Position numbers and translations under genes: made by a program. The notes beneath the pieces were generated by a model. The model ran no database searches, had not been told where the DNA came from, and was given only the letters and a program-made list of their open reading frames with translations. A stretch of 64,000 nucleotides of DNA from Deinococcus maricopensis DSM 21211 (lineage in GTDB: Bacteria; Deinococcota; Deinococci; Deinococcales; Deinococcaceae): positions 2,487,077 through 2,551,076 of the forward strand of contig NC_014958.1 of assembly GCF_000186385.1 (NCBI RefSeq). Reading direction: 5' to 3'. Positions 31,221 to 40,640 of this stretch are shown piece by piece (the first letter of the stretch is position 1; each line of letters opens with the position of its first letter).

Positions 31221-32780
31221 TCAGTCGTTCGCGGCGCTCGGCTCGCTCGCGGGGCGGTTCTGCAGCAGGGACAGGAGGTTCACGCCGGTGGAGGTCTCCA
31301 CCTGCTCCACCAGCGACACGATGTTCATCGGCAACGTGCTGATGGCGCTGCGCGTCGCCTGCCCGTTGCCGCTGTCAATCACGGTGACCTTGTCGATGCT
31401 CATGTCGCGCACGCTCTGCGCGAACTCGCTGACGATGCCGGGCAGCATGTTCAGGATGAACGCGCGTTCTCCTTCCGGACCGGCGTTGCGGAACGCCTCG
31501 ACGAGCAGGCGGACCGCTTCGGCCTTCGCGCGGCCCTCCTCGATGATGGGCGCCGCGGCCGCCTGCGCTTCCAGCAGGCGTGCCTCGCGTTGCGCGCGCG
31601 CCGGGGCGATCACGTCCGCCTCGTACTTCTTCTGGTTCAGGACGATGCGTTCCTGCTCCAGCTGCTGCTCCGCGACGACGCGCGCGCGTTCCGCCGCGAC
31701 TTTCGATTCGTTCTCCTTCGCAGCGGCAATGGCGTTCAGTTCGGCGGTGCGGACCCGCAGTTCGTTCTGGCGTTCCAGGATGGCCTGCTGCGACGTCGTC
31801 TGCGCGATCTGCGCGCGCTGCTGCGCCTGCGCTTCCACTTCAGCGGCTTCGGCGTTCTGCTGCGCCTCGATCACGCGCGCTTCGCGGGCGCTCTGCGCCT
31901 GGCGCTGCCGCAGCGCCGCTTCGAGCTGCGCGCGTTCCTGCTCGAACGCCTGCGTGGCGCGCACGCGCGCCAGTTCGCTTTCCACCGCCGCTTCGTTCTG
32001 GCGGGCGAGCTGCACAGCGCCGAGTTCGGTGCGGCGCACCTCAAGCTTGTTCTGCTCCTCGAGGATCGCCTGCTGGCTGATAGCCTGCGCAACCTGGGAG
32101 CGCTGCAGGGCTTGCGCTTCGGCCTGCGTCGCTTCGGCGTTGCGTTCGGCTTCGGCGACGCGCGCTTCCTTGAGGACGTCGGCGGTTTTGCGGCGCCCGA
32201 TGCTTTCGAGGTAGCCGCTGCCGTCGCTGACGTTCTGGATTTTGAGCGTGTCGAGTTTGATGCCGAGGTTGCTCATGTCATGCTCGGCTTCCTCGATGAG
32301 CGCTTCGGCGAACCGCAGGCGGTCCTCGTTGATCTCCTCGGGCGTGAGCGTGGCGATGACGCCGCGCAGGTTCCCTTCGAGCGTGTCGCGGGTGATGCTG
32401 GTGATCGCCTCGCGCGGCACTTCCAGGAACCGCTCGATGGCGTTGCTGAGGTACGGCTCCTCGGCGTTGATCTTCACGTTCGCGACGGCGTGAATTTTGA
32501 GGGGGATGCCGCCTTTGCTGTACGCGTTCTCGACGCTCAGGTCGAGCGGGATGGTCGTGAGGTCCAGCCACGCGACCTTCTCCAGCACGGGAATGCGGAA
32601 CGCGCGGCCCCCGCGGATCACGCGGTACCCGACGGTGTCGCCCTCGGGCGTCTTGCGCGCGCGGCCAGAGATGACCAGCACCTTGTTGGGCGGCACGACG
32701 ATCAGGAGGTTCTGGATGAGGACCAGCATCAGGATGATGCCGATCAGGATGATGCCGGCCAGCACGAGAATGTCGTTCAC
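31221..32780 (-). CDS. flotillin-like SPFH/band-7 protein
   Basis: N-terminal TM, SPFH domain, long Ala/Glu/Gln-rich coiled-coil repeats; 519 aa. Confidence 0.9.
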   Translation of the reverse strand: MNDILVLAGIILIGIILMLVLIQNLLIVVPPNKVLVISGRARKTPEGDTVGYRVIRGGRAFRIPVLEKVAWLDLTTIPLDLSVENAYSKGGIPLKIHAVANVKINAEEPYLSNAIERFLEVPREAITSITRDTLEGNLRGVIATLTPEEINEDRLRFAEALIEEAEHDMSNLGIKLDTLKIQNVSDGSGYLESIGRRKTADVLKEARVAEAERNAEATQAEAQALQRSQVAQAISQQAILEEQNKLEVRRTELGAVQLARQNEAAVESELARVRATQAFEQERAQLEAALRQRQAQSAREARVIEAQQNAEAAEVEAQAQQRAQIAQTTSQQAILERQNELRVRTAELNAIAAAKENESKVAAERARVVAEQQLEQERIVLNQKKYEADVIAPARAQREARLLEAQAAAAPIIEEGRAKAEAVRLLVEAFRNAGPEGERAFILNMLPGIVSEFAQSVRDMSIDKVTVIDSGNGQATRSAISTLPMNIVSLVEQVETSTGVNLLSLLQNRPASEPSAAND

Positions 32781-32799
32781 GGAAACTCCTTGTTCGGGC

Positions 32800-33300
32800 T
32801 CAGCGCCCGTCCCAGCGGCGCACGTGCAGCACGCCGCGCTCGATGCCGATGACGATGACCTGCTCGCCGACGTTGAGGGCGTCGTCGCTCAGGGCGAGGT
32901 GCTGCGTGGACTGCCCGGCCATGATGACCTCGACCTTGCCGGGCCGGGCACCTTCCGGGCGGATGCGGACGATACCGACGCGGCCGGCGACGCGCCCCGC
33001 GCCGGTGTGCACCTCGCCGCGCGTGCGGGCGACGCGGGTGAGCCACGCCGCGAACGCGCTCACGGGCAGGCCTGCCGCGAGCGCGTACGCGAACTGCGCG
33101 GCGCCGCCGTACCCGAGCGCGCCGGCGACGACGCCGCCCAGGCCGAAAAAGGCCGCGAAGGCCACCACGGCCCGCACGCTCAGCCAGGACGCGACCTCGC
33201 CGGCGTCGGCGTGGCCCGCGCCGAAGTCGTGGTCGTGCCCGGTCAGCAGGGACAGCAGCAGGAGCGCGCCGCCCACCAGGAGTAGCAGAAGGTAGACCAT
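32800..33300 (-). CDS. NfeD-family membrane protein (flotillin partner)
   Basis: 2-3 TM helices plus C-terminal OB-fold-like segment (GRVGIVRIRPEGARPGKVEV); immediately upstream of the flotillin gene. Confidence 0.75.
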   Translation of the reverse strand: MVYLLLLLVGGALLLLSLLTGHDHDFGAGHADAGEVASWLSVRAVVAFAAFFGLGGVVAGALGYGGAAQFAYALAAGLPVSAFAAWLTRVARTRGEVHTGAGRVAGRVGIVRIRPEGARPGKVEVIMAGQSTQHLALSDDALNVGEQVIVIGIERGVLHVRRWDGR

Positions 33301-33348
33301 AACGTTCCAATTCACGATACGCGCCGGCCCGCGCGTACGTTCCCGCAT

Positions 33349-33993
33349 TTACGGCATCAGCCGGTCGGCGCTCCAGCCGCCGGGCGTGCGGGCGTACCGG
33401 AAGCGGTCATGCATGCGGTTCGGGCGGCCCTGCCAGAACTCGAACGCGTCCGGGACGATGCGGTACCCACCCCAGAACGCCGGGCGAGGCACTTCGGTGC
33501 CTTCCGGGTACTGCGCGTGCAAGGCCGCGAACTTCGCTTCGAGGGCCGCTCGGTCCTGAATCACGCCGCTTTGTGGGGTGCTGGCGTGTGCGGCCAGCTG
33601 GCTCTCGCGCGGGCGCGCGTGGAAGTACGCGTCACTCTCCTCGTCCGGCACGCGGGTCACCGCGCCGCGCACGCGCACCTGCCGTTCCAGCTGCGGCCAG
33701 TAGAACAGCAGCTCCGCGTGCGGGTTGCCGTTCAGGTCGTGGCCCTTGTGGCTGTCGTAGTTGCTGTAGAACGTGAACCCGCGTGCGTCCGCGCCGCGCA
33801 GCAGGACAGTGCGGGCGCTGGGGCGGCCCTGAGCGTCGGCAGTGGCGAGCGTCATGGCGTATGGCTCGGGCAGGTCGGCGCGCAGCGCCTCGTCCAGCCA
33901 GCGCGTGAACTGCTGCACCGGGTCGGCGTGCAGGTCCGCGCGGCGCAACTCGCCGCGCGCGTACGTGAGTCGCAGGGAAGTGAGGTCCGTCAT
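33349..33993 (-). CDS. pdxH: pyridoxamine 5'-phosphate oxidase
   Basis: 214 aa; PNPOx motifs ([32 protein letters not shown]). Confidence 0.93.
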   Translation of the reverse strand: MTDLTSLRLTYARGELRRADLHADPVQQFTRWLDEALRADLPEPYAMTLATADAQGRPSARTVLLRGADARGFTFYSNYDSHKGHDLNGNPHAELLFYWPQLERQVRVRGAVTRVPDEESDAYFHARPRESQLAAHASTPQSGVIQDRAALEAKFAALHAQYPEGTEVPRPAFWGGYRIVPDAFEFWQGRPNRMHDRFRYARTPGGWSADRLMP

Positions 33994-34026
33994 GCGGCGA
34001 GTGTACCCGGCTCGTCCTGCCGCGCG

Positions 34027-34839
34027 TCAGTCGCGGCGCACCTGGCACGCCGGGCAGTGGTGCGTCCCGCGCTGCGCCAGGACGCTTTTCGTGATGGTGG
34101 TCCCGCACCGCGCGCACGGTTCGCCGTCGCGGGCGTACGCGTTATGCTGCTGCTGGAACAGCCCGGACAGGCCGTCCGGCTGCGCGTACGTGCCGTCGCT
34201 GAGGGTGCTGCCGCCCGCCTGCACCGCCTCGGCCATGACTTCGCGGATGGCGGCGTGCAGGCGCGTCGCCTCGTCCAGCGTGAGTCGGCGCTGCGCCGGG
34301 TGGATGCGCGCGCGCCACAGGCTCTCGTCCGCGTAGATGTTCCCCACGCCCGCCACGGGCACCTGCGACAGCAGCCAGGGCTTCACGGGGCCGCACGTCG
34401 CGGCGGCCCGCACGAACGCGTCCACCGCGAAGTCGTCGCCGAGCGGCTCGGGTCCCATGCCGGCGAGGGTCGGCATGCTCGCGTACGCGCCGGGGTCCAC
34501 GACTGCCCACTTCCCGAACTTGCGGGCGTCTTGGTAGTAGATGGCGCCCTCGTCGGTGTGCAGGGTCACGCGCGTGTGCGGGCCCGGCTCGTACCGGAAC
34601 CCGCCGGTCATGCCGAGGTGCACGATGAGCTCGGCGTCGTCCTCGTGCCCGTCGGGGTCCTGGAGGCGCGCGAGGATGTACTTGCCGCGCCGCGTGAGGT
34701 CACGGACGACGCGGCCGTGCGCACGGTGCGTGTCACGGTACTTGTCGGGCGCGTCGTGTTCGATGCGGACGATGGTGCGCCCGAGCAGGAGCGGTTCGAG
34801 CTTGCGGCGCGTGGTTTCCACTTCGGGCAGTTCAGGCAC
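34027..34839 (-). CDS. mutM: formamidopyrimidine-DNA glycosylase
   Basis: MPELPEVE N-terminus (catalytic Pro2/Glu3), C-terminal zinc finger CARCGTT...CPACQ. Confidence 0.93.
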   Translation of the reverse strand: MPELPEVETTRRKLEPLLLGRTIVRIEHDAPDKYRDTHRAHGRVVRDLTRRGKYILARLQDPDGHEDDAELIVHLGMTGGFRYEPGPHTRVTLHTDEGAIYYQDARKFGKWAVVDPGAYASMPTLAGMGPEPLGDDFAVDAFVRAAATCGPVKPWLLSQVPVAGVGNIYADESLWRARIHPAQRRLTLDEATRLHAAIREVMAEAVQAGGSTLSDGTYAQPDGLSGLFQQQHNAYARDGEPCARCGTTITKSVLAQRGTHHCPACQVRRD

Positions 34840-34893
34840 GAAGGCAGCATAGGGCGGGCAGCGGCGCGCCCCTGTGGCGAGGGGAACGAAGTG

Positions 34894-35364
34894 TCAGGGC
34901 TGGTACACCTGCGCGACGTACGCCACGCCGCCGTCCTCGCTGACGACCGACACGAGCAGGCGTTTGGGCGTGTCAGGCCAGCAGCCTTTCGGGGGGCGAC
35001 CCGCCCACGCCGCCGTGAACGTCGCCGCGTCCACGACGCGGACGCCCTCCTGGTCCTGCAGGCACGCGAGGGCGAAGGTGGTGCCGGTCGGGAACAGCAG
35101 CGTTCTCACCTGCGGGTTGACGTTCCGCACCCAGAGTCCACCCGGCATCCGGGCGTAGAACGCGCTCAGGGTGCCCTGGAAGCCGAGCTTCTGTGCACGC
35201 GCGTACTCGAGCGGGCCGGGTGTGAACACGTCGACGTAATCAGCGGTGACGCGCAGGCCCTGGGGCGTGGGCGTGACGTTCGTGAGCATGGCGTACTGCG
35301 TGGTCGTCGCGGCGGACGCCACGCCCAGGGCGGCGAGGGTGAGGGCGGTCAGGAGGGTGCGCAT
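34894..35364 (-). CDS. secreted hypothetical protein
   Basis: inner ATG at 35364; signal peptide MRTLLTALTLAALGVASA; 156 aa; the upstream part of the ORF is an Arg/Pro artefact. Confidence 0.6.
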   Translation of the reverse strand: MRTLLTALTLAALGVASAATTTQYAMLTNVTPTPQGLRVTADYVDVFTPGPLEYARAQKLGFQGTLSAFYARMPGGLWVRNVNPQVRTLLFPTGTTFALACLQDQEGVRVVDAATFTAAWAGRPPKGCWPDTPKRLLVSVVSEDGGVAYVAQVYQP

Positions 35365-35404
35365 GCGTTCAGCGTACGGGCGCGAGGTACGCTGGGCGCA
35401 TGCG
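35360..35404. promoter_or_regulatory. 45-bp near-palindrome containing both divergent start codons
   Basis: CGCATGCGTTCAGCGTAC-n9-GTACGCTGGGCGCATGCG (16/18 matched); CAT of the minus-strand gene at 35362-64, ATG of pcp at 35400-02. Confidence 0.5.
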
Positions 35405-36023
35405 TTTGCTCCTGACTGGCTTTGAGGCATTCGGCGGGGACCGCGTGAACCCGACCGAAGCGGTGGTGGCGGCCCTGCACGGCCAGGTCGTGGCGGGCGC
35501 GCAGGTGATCGGCGCGGTCCTGCCCGTGGACGCCGCGCGCGCGCCCGGGGCAGTACGGGCACTGCTGGACGAGCACCAACCGGACGCGGTGCTGTTGACG
35601 GGCGTGGCGCGCGGGCGCGCGCAGCTGGCGCTGGAGCGCGTGGCCGTGAACGTGCAGGACGCGGCCCTGCCGGACAACGCCGGGCGTCGCCTGTCCGGGG
35701 AGCCGGTCGTGCCGGGCGCGCCGGACGCGTACCTCAGCACCCTGCCGCTGCCGGACGTGCTGGCGGCGTGGCGCGCGCACGGCCTTCCCGGGTACGTGAG
35801 CAACACGGCCGGGCTGTACCTGTGCAACGCGGCGATGTTCGCGGCGCGGCACCACCTGGGGGAGCGCGTGCCGTGCGGGTTCCTGCACGTGCCCGCGAAC
35901 GAGTGGATGGCGCTGGACGCGCGGCCCGGCGAGGTCCTCGCGTACCTGCCGCAGGCGGAGATCGAGCGGGGCGTGCGCGTGGCGCTGGCGGCGGTCGCGG
36001 CGGGCGTGCGCGCGCCCGCATGA
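35400..36023 (+). CDS. pcp: pyroglutamyl-peptidase I (pyrrolidone-carboxylate peptidase)
   Basis: MRLLLTGFEAFGG N-terminus, catalytic Cys in LYLCNAAMF, His in GFLHVP. Confidence 0.85.
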   Translation: MRLLLTGFEAFGGDRVNPTEAVVAALHGQVVAGAQVIGAVLPVDAARAPGAVRALLDEHQPDAVLLTGVARGRAQLALERVAVNVQDAALPDNAGRRLSGEPVVPGAPDAYLSTLPLPDVLAAWRAHGLPGYVSNTAGLYLCNAAMFAARHHLGERVPCGFLHVPANEWMALDARPGEVLAYLPQAEIERGVRVALAAVAAGVRAPA

Positions 36024-37420
36024 CGCGTGCGGCGCGCTGGGCGCGGCTGCTCACGACGGAGCGGCTCGGCGCGCCCGGGGAGGCGCGCGACCCGGAGCGC
36101 AGCCCGTTCGAGCAGGACACGGGCCGCGTGACGTTCAGCAGCGCGTTCCGGCGCCTGCAGGACAAGACGCAGGTGTTCCCGCTCAGCAAGAGCGACACGA
36201 CGCGCACGCGCCTCACGCACAGCCTGGAGGTCGCGTCCATCGGGCGGTCGCTGGGGGAGCGGGCGGGACGCCTGTTGAGCGCCGAGACGCTGCTGCCGGA
36301 GGGCGTGAGCGCGCAGGATGTCGGCGCGGTCGTGAGCGCCGCGTGCCTCGCGCACGACGTCGGGAACCCGCCGTTCGGGCACAGCGGCGAGGACGCGATC
36401 CGCACGTGGGCGGCGCGGTTCCTGAACGCGCACCCGGGCCTGGACCTGACGCTGGCGGAACGCGAGGATTTCCTGCGGTTCGAGGGGAACGCGCAGACGT
36501 TCCGCATCTACGCGCGCACGCAGGCGCGCGAGCGTGACGGGGGCCTGCGCCTGACGCTGCCGACGCTCGGCACGCTCGTGAAGTACCCGTGCCCGAGCAC
36601 GTCCTGCGGGCCGGACGCGGGGCACGCGTACGCGAAGTGGGGGTACGTGCAGGCGGACGCGCCCCTCGCGGCGCGGGTGTTCGCGGGGCTGGGCCTCACG
36701 CGGCAGTCGGGCGAGCGGGAGCGGTACGTGCGGCACCCGCTGGTGTACCTGATGGAGGCCGCGGACGACATCTGCTACGCCGTCGCGGACCTGGAGGACG
36801 CGTACCGGCTGGGCCTGATCGGGCTGCGGGAACTGCTGGACGTGTACGCGAACGCCGCGGACCTCGGCGGGCACGCGTGGGAGGAAGGCGCGGGCGAGGA
36901 CCACGCGGCGTTCCCGGCGAACCGCGCGGCACGCGCGAAGAACCGCGTGATCGCGCGCCTCGTGGATGACACGTTCGACGCGTTCCGCGCGCACCTGCCG
37001 GAGATCGAGGCGGGGACGTTCACGAGTGACCTGATTCACAGCATTCCGGAGTACGCCGCGCGGTACGCGCCCCTCAAGGCGCTCGCGCGTGAGCGTGGGT
37101 ACGAGAGCACGAGGGTGCTGCAGATCGAGCTGGCCGGGTACCGCGCGCTCGGGGGCCTGCTGGACGCCCTCGCGGACGCGTTCGTGACGCGCCCGGACGG
37201 GCACGACAGCCGCAAGCTGCAGCAGCTGGTGCCGGAGGAGTTCTATGTCCTCTCCCCCACCCCGTACCACGAGGTGCTCGCGCGGCGCGCACGCGGGCGG
37301 CTCTTGGAGCACCTGAGCACGTACGAGCGCCTGCTGACCCTCACGGATTACGTGAGCGGCATGACGGACCGGTACGCGCTCGAAACGTACCAGTACCTCA
37401 CGGGCATCAAACTGCCCTGA
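36020..37420 (+). CDS. dgt: dGTPase-like deoxynucleoside-triphosphate triphosphohydrolase (HD domain)
   Basis: ATGA overlap with pcp; FEQDTGRVTFSSAFRRLQDKTQVFPL, HSLEVASIGR, HDVGNPPFGH HD motif. Confidence 0.85.
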   Translation: MTRAARWARLLTTERLGAPGEARDPERSPFEQDTGRVTFSSAFRRLQDKTQVFPLSKSDTTRTRLTHSLEVASIGRSLGERAGRLLSAETLLPEGVSAQDVGAVVSAACLAHDVGNPPFGHSGEDAIRTWAARFLNAHPGLDLTLAEREDFLRFEGNAQTFRIYARTQARERDGGLRLTLPTLGTLVKYPCPSTSCGPDAGHAYAKWGYVQADAPLAARVFAGLGLTRQSGERERYVRHPLVYLMEAADDICYAVADLEDAYRLGLIGLRELLDVYANAADLGGHAWEEGAGEDHAAFPANRAARAKNRVIARLVDDTFDAFRAHLPEIEAGTFTSDLIHSIPEYAARYAPLKALARERGYESTRVLQIELAGYRALGGLLDALADAFVTRPDGHDSRKLQQLVPEEFYVLSPTPYHEVLARRARGRLLEHLSTYERLLTLTDYVSGMTDRYALETYQYLTGIKLP

Positions 37421-37423
37421 GCG

Positions 37424-37663
37424 TCAGGGGAAGCGGGCCTTTCCGGGCTGCCACGCGCCGCCCGGCCCGCCCGCCCAGTGCCACGCGCCGTCCGGGCGCG
37501 TTTCGAGGCGCGCCTCGATGTCCGGCAGGGGCACGCGCCGCGCGAACCGCGTGCGGGCGTGCCACTCGGCGAGCGCGGCGGCGCGGTCTGCGGGGCGCAG
37601 GCCCCGCAGGGTGTTCGCGGCGCGGTTCACGGCCAGGTCGAACAGGGCGTCCGGCGCGCTCAC
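37424..37663 (-). CDS. small hypothetical protein (79 aa)
   Basis: GTG start overlaps the upstream stop (GTGA); Trp-rich C-terminus; no known domain. Confidence 0.35.
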   Translation of the reverse strand: MSAPDALFDLAVNRAANTLRGLRPADRAAALAEWHARTRFARRVPLPDIEARLETRPDGAWHWAGGPGGAWQPGKARFP

Positions 37664-38088
37664 GCGAGGCGGTAGTCGTCTCCGTCGCGCACGACGCGCC
37701 CCTGCGCTTCGAGGCGCTGCACGGCGGCGCGGGCGCCCGCGCCGAGCGGCGAGCCCACCTCGAGGTCACGCAGGGTGAAGCGGCCACCCTTGCGCATGGC
37801 GTAGCGGTACACCATGCGTTCTTCGGCGTCGGCGCGCGGGGTGGTGGCGGCGCGGCGCGTGAACGCCCGCCAGATCAGCCACGCGACCAGCAGGCCGATC
37901 AGGAGTTCGAGGGGAATGAGGCGCGCGGCGAGGTCCGCGTCGCCGTGCAGTTTGAAGCCGTACTTGCGGACGCCGTTCACTTCGACCATGCCCATCGGCC
38001 AGCCGCGCGAGAACGCCACGCCGTACGCGATCAGGGCGGTCGAGGCGCCGCCGATCAGACTCAGGAAGATTCGTTGAAACCCGGCCAC
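37660..38088 (-). CDS. membrane-anchored protein with C-terminal winged-helix-like domain
   Basis: two predicted TM helices, then MVYRYAMRKGGRFTLRDLEV...QRLEAQGRVVRDGDDYRLA (wHTH-like). Confidence 0.5.
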   Translation of the reverse strand: MAGFQRIFLSLIGGASTALIAYGVAFSRGWPMGMVEVNGVRKYGFKLHGDADLAARLIPLELLIGLLVAWLIWRAFTRRAATTPRADAEERMVYRYAMRKGGRFTLRDLEVGSPLGAGARAAVQRLEAQGRVVRDGDDYRLA

Positions 38089-38166
38089 GCCCGCAGTCTA
38101 GCGCGCGGCGCGCGGGCGCCCTGGAGTGCGGGAACCATTCGGCGACGCGCGGGGTATGCTCCGCGC

Positions 38167-38910
38167 ATGACGAGTGGACTGCCGGAGTGGCTGAGCTTAA
38201 CGGGGAAACGCGCGCTCGTGACGGGCGGCAGCCGCGGGATCGGCTTCGCGGCGGCGCGCGCCCTGCGGGACCTGGGCGCGGACGTGACGATCGCCGCGCG
38301 GGACGAGGCGACGCTGGAGCGCGCAGCGGAGGCGCTGGGGGCGCGCGCGGTCCGCGCGGACGTGGGCAGCGAGGCGGGCGTGCGGGCGCTGCTGGCCGCG
38401 GCGGGCGACGTGGACGTCCTCGTGAGCAACGCGGGCGGGCCGCCCACGGCCCTGCCGAGTCGCGTGTCGGAGGACGCGTGGCGCGCGGGGTTCGAACTGA
38501 CGTTCATGAGCAGTGTCCGCTTGTCGCGCGGCGTGCTGGGCGGCATGCGGGCGCGCGGGTGGGGGCGGATCATCACGGTGACGAGCCTGACCGTCACGCG
38601 CCCGGCGGTGGGCCTGCCGGTGAGCAACGCCATGCGCGCCGCTGTCACGAACGACGCGCGGTCCCTGGCGCTGGAGGTCGCGCGTGACGGCGTGACCGTG
38701 AACACCGTCGCGCCCGGGTACACCGCGACAGAGCGGCTGCAGGAGGTGTTCGCGTCGCCGGAGCAGGAGGCGGACGTGCTGCGCCGCATTCCCGCCGCGC
38801 GGTTCGGCGCGCCGGATGAGGTGGCGGCGGCCGTGGCGTTTCTGGCGTCCCCGGCGGCGGCGTACATCACCGGGCAGGAGCTGCTGGTGGATGGCGGCTG
38901 GGGCATCTGA
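38167..38910 (+). CDS. SDR-family oxidoreductase
   Basis: TGGSRGIG Rossmann motif, NAG, catalytic region; 247 aa. Confidence 0.9.
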   Translation: MTSGLPEWLSLTGKRALVTGGSRGIGFAAARALRDLGADVTIAARDEATLERAAEALGARAVRADVGSEAGVRALLAAAGDVDVLVSNAGGPPTALPSRVSEDAWRAGFELTFMSSVRLSRGVLGGMRARGWGRIITVTSLTVTRPAVGLPVSNAMRAAVTNDARSLALEVARDGVTVNTVAPGYTATERLQEVFASPEQEADVLRRIPAARFGAPDEVAAAVAFLASPAAAYITGQELLVDGGWGI

Positions 38911-38971
38911 AGCGCGCAGGGTCCCCGCCCCCTTTGACCGGAGCGAGGCGGGGCCCCTGTGAACGGAGGCT

Positions 38972-39238
38972 TCAGTGGGTTGGGGGCGTCGGCGCCGCCC
39001 AGGCCTGCAGGGCGCTCTCCCCTTCGGCGGTCAGCTGGTACGCGCTGGCCGCGCCGCGCCCGGCGCCTTCGCGTTCAATCCAGCGGTTCGCTTCAAGGCT
39101 CTTCACGAGCGGCATGCTGAGGCGGCGGCCGTTCAGGGTGTAGTACGGGCCGCGGTCCCCGCGCGCGTGCATGGTGAGGGCCGCGCCGTCCTGCAGGGCC
39201 TGCAGGACGCGCGCCTGGGCGTCGGTGAGGGTGGGCAC
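38972..39238 (-). CDS. small winged-helix DNA-binding protein (PadR-like)
   Basis: 88 aa; ARVLQALQDGAALTMHAR...YQLTAEGESAL pattern. Confidence 0.45.
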   Translation of the reverse strand: MPTLTDAQARVLQALQDGAALTMHARGDRGPYYTLNGRRLSMPLVKSLEANRWIEREGAGRGAASAYQLTAEGESALQAWAAPTPPTH

Positions 39239-39249
39239 CGCGCGGCGCG

Positions 39250-39657
39250 TCAGGCGGTTTCGACGAGTTCGACCTGTAGGGTGATCTCGGCGTTGACGCT
39301 GGCAGCAGCGGAGCAGTACTTCTCGTGGCTGAGGTGCGCGGCCTTCTCGAGCGCGTCGCGGGTCACGCCCGCGCCGCCCGCGATGTGGCGGACGATGATG
39401 TGCGTGTAGCGTTTCGGGTGCTCCTCGGCGCGGTCCCCTTCGATTTCGATGCGGTAGGTGCTGAGGGGCGTCTTGCGCTTCTTCATGATCTCGACGATGT
39501 CGTACGCCGTGCAGGTGGCGACCGCGCCCAGCAGGGCCTCCATGGGGCTCACGCCGACCTTGACGTCGCTGTTGTCGATGAGGAGCTGCTGGCCGGTTTC
39601 GTTGAAGCCGACGTAGCGTTGGTCGCCGAGGTGGTGGACGGTGAGGCGCTTCTTCAT
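39250..39657 (-). CDS. OsmC-family peroxiredoxin-like protein
   Basis: 135 aa; conserved Cys pair (AVATCTAYDIV, HEKYCSAAASV). Confidence 0.8.
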   Translation of the reverse strand: MKKRLTVHHLGDQRYVGFNETGQQLLIDNSDVKVGVSPMEALLGAVATCTAYDIVEIMKKRKTPLSTYRIEIEGDRAEEHPKRYTHIIVRHIAGGAGVTRDALEKAAHLSHEKYCSAAASVNAEITLQVELVETA

Positions 39658-39706
39658 GCGTTTCAGTGTACGGGTGGCGCGGGGCGGGACCGTGATGCGT
39701 GCGGGG

Positions 39707-40543
39707 TTACGGGGTGAGGGGCAGGGTCATGTGGAGTTGCGTGAGGTCGTCGCGGACGAACCCGGCGCGGGCCGCGAACGGCGCGGCGAGGTCCTCGGGC
39801 ACGACGGGGATGATGCGGAGCGGCAGGTGCCCGTGGTGCGCCTGGAGGGCGTTCAGGAGCGTGCGCGCGTGCCCACGCCGGCGCTGTTCCGGGGGGGTGA
39901 TGAGCGCGTGCAGGACCGTGACCTGCGGGTACGGCGTGATGAGGGCGTGGGCCGAGCCGTCCACGGTGACGCCCCGTGCGGGGGCCGTGAACCCCGAGAG
40001 GGTTTCGCCAGCGAGCATCCAGGGGAGTTCGGTGTCGGCGTGGCGCGTGACGAGGCGGGCGACGTGCAGCGGGTCGACCTCGACGAGGGGCGCGCGTGGG
40101 GGGGCGTCCGCGGCGGGGCGGGTGTACCCGACGAGGCGGCCGGTGGTGTGGAAGCCGGCGCGTTCGTAGAGGCGCACGGCGGGCGCGTTGTGCTCGATGA
40201 CTTCGAGCGTGAACGCTCGGTCCCGGCGGGCGCGCGCGTCGGCGATCAGGTGCGTGAGCATGGCGCGGCCGACGCCGCGTCCGCGCGCGGTCTGCGCGAC
40301 GCCCATCGCGGCGAGGCGCGCCGTCCAGCCTCGCCGGGCGACCATGGCGGCGCCGACCAGTTCGCGGCCGTCGAAGAACAGCTGGCTGGCGTGCGGGTCG
40401 AGGTGTTCCGGGCGGAGGCGCGCGTCGAGGGTCTGCGCGGTGAACGTGATGGGCACGACGTACGCGGCGAACGCGGCGTTCAGGGCGTTCGCGAGGGTGG
40501 CGCTGTCGAACTCGGCAGCCGGGCGCGCAGTGAGGGGCGTCAT
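39707..40543 (-). CDS. GNAT-family N-acetyltransferase (tandem GNAT folds)
   Basis: inner ATG 40543 (MTPLTAR...); acetyl-CoA motif A QTARGRGVGRAML, second repeat PEQRRRGHARTLL. Confidence 0.75.
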   Translation of the reverse strand: MTPLTARPAAEFDSATLANALNAAFAAYVVPITFTAQTLDARLRPEHLDPHASQLFFDGRELVGAAMVARRGWTARLAAMGVAQTARGRGVGRAMLTHLIADARARRDRAFTLEVIEHNAPAVRLYERAGFHTTGRLVGYTRPAADAPPRAPLVEVDPLHVARLVTRHADTELPWMLAGETLSGFTAPARGVTVDGSAHALITPYPQVTVLHALITPPEQRRRGHARTLLNALQAHHGHLPLRIIPVVPEDLAAPFAARAGFVRDDLTQLHMTLPLTP

Positions 40544-40640
40544 GGCGCCGAACGTACCACCTGCGGGCGCCGCGTCGTCAACCGGGCGGAGGGGCGCCGC
40601 GCGGCGCCCCTCCAAGGGGTGTGGCGGCGGCGTGGGCCGC

